This document shows positions 61,201 through 61,636 of a DNA stretch of 61,636 bases, one piece after another. Numbering within the stretch: the stretch's first letter is position 1; each line of letters begins with the position of its first letter. The stretch spans positions 262,142 through 323,777 of the forward strand of contig BFEA01000016.1 of assembly GCA_003427395.1 (NCBI GenBank), read 5' to 3'. The notes under the pieces are model-generated. The model did no database searches, was not told where the DNA came from, and saw nothing but the letters and a program-made list of their open reading frames with translations. Made by a program: the position numbers and the translations under genes. Origin of the DNA: Chara braunii. Lineage: Eukaryota; Plantae; Charophyceae.

Positions 61201-61636
61201 TGCTTTCAGGCCTTCAGGGCATTCACCCCTTCAAGATCGTTCGGGATCCTTAAGCTTGACAGTGGGAGTCATACGGTGGGGGGGGGTGCTTTCAGGCCTT
61301 CATGGCATTCACCGCTTCATGATCGTCCAGGATCCTCAAGCTTAACAGTGAGACTCATAGGGTGGGGGGGGGGGGGTTCTTTCAAGTCTTCAGGGCATTC
61401 ACCCCTTCAGGATCGTTCACGATCCTCAAGATTAACAGTAGGAGTCATAGGGTGGGAGAGGGTTCTTTCAGGTCTTCAGGGCATTCACCCGTTCAGGATT
61501 ATTCACATTGTTCAGGATGCCAAAACGACACAACACTTGAAACCAGAAGGTGGGGACGGGTGGTTCTTTCAAATCTCCGAAGGCATTCACCTTCAAAGCA
61601 TTCACCCCTTCAGGATCGTCCAGGATCCTCAAGCTT
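61190..61636. repeat. ~87-bp minisatellite, about 5 units, continuing out of the window
   Basis: CTTTCAGG.CTTCAGGGCATTCACCCC..CAGGATCG..C..GATCCTCAAG repeated at ~61203, 61290, 61379, 61465, 61567. Confidence 0.88.

Noticed and set aside
61190-61636. 87-bp (29-codon) repeat as a coding repeat of LINE ORF1
   Set aside because: Stops occur in all three minus-strand frames and variable G-runs shift the frame.

Overview
This is a eukaryotic, repeat-dominated window with no intact host gene that I can support. A streptophyte alga such as Chara is inferred from plant-type mitochondrial rps11/cox1 fragments and the TE types. In order: (1) about 32 copies of a 275-bp satellite (1-8705) with internal higher-order structure. 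(2) A decayed Ty3/Gypsy gag-protease relic (~9700-12800). (3) A minus-strand LTR structure (13092-34697) with two ~5.1-5.4 kb LTRs (TGTCG...CGACA termini), a tRNA-Asp-type PBS and only ~1.7 kb of internal DNA. The left LTR holds an opposite-orientation ~7.5 kb solo LTR of a sister family (13933-21421). The right LTR holds a hAT-like composite element carrying mitochondrial rps11 and cox1 fragments (28237-30112). (4) Unclassified DNA with local duplications. (5) A complete 10.4-kb hAT transposon with TIRs, an 8-bp TSD and a nonsense-inactivated ~1550-aa transposase (45956-56367). (6) A truncated L1-like LINE (~59880-61200). The most unusual signal lies inside the 7.5-kb solo LTR: two adjacent arrays of regularly spaced RNA-like hairpins. 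One has a constant loop on covarying stems (17630-18365). The other has ~120-nt-periodic long hairpins with UACG tetraloops and a constant GGAGTT tag (18560-19170). G-U pairs indicate a + strand structured RNA in both.
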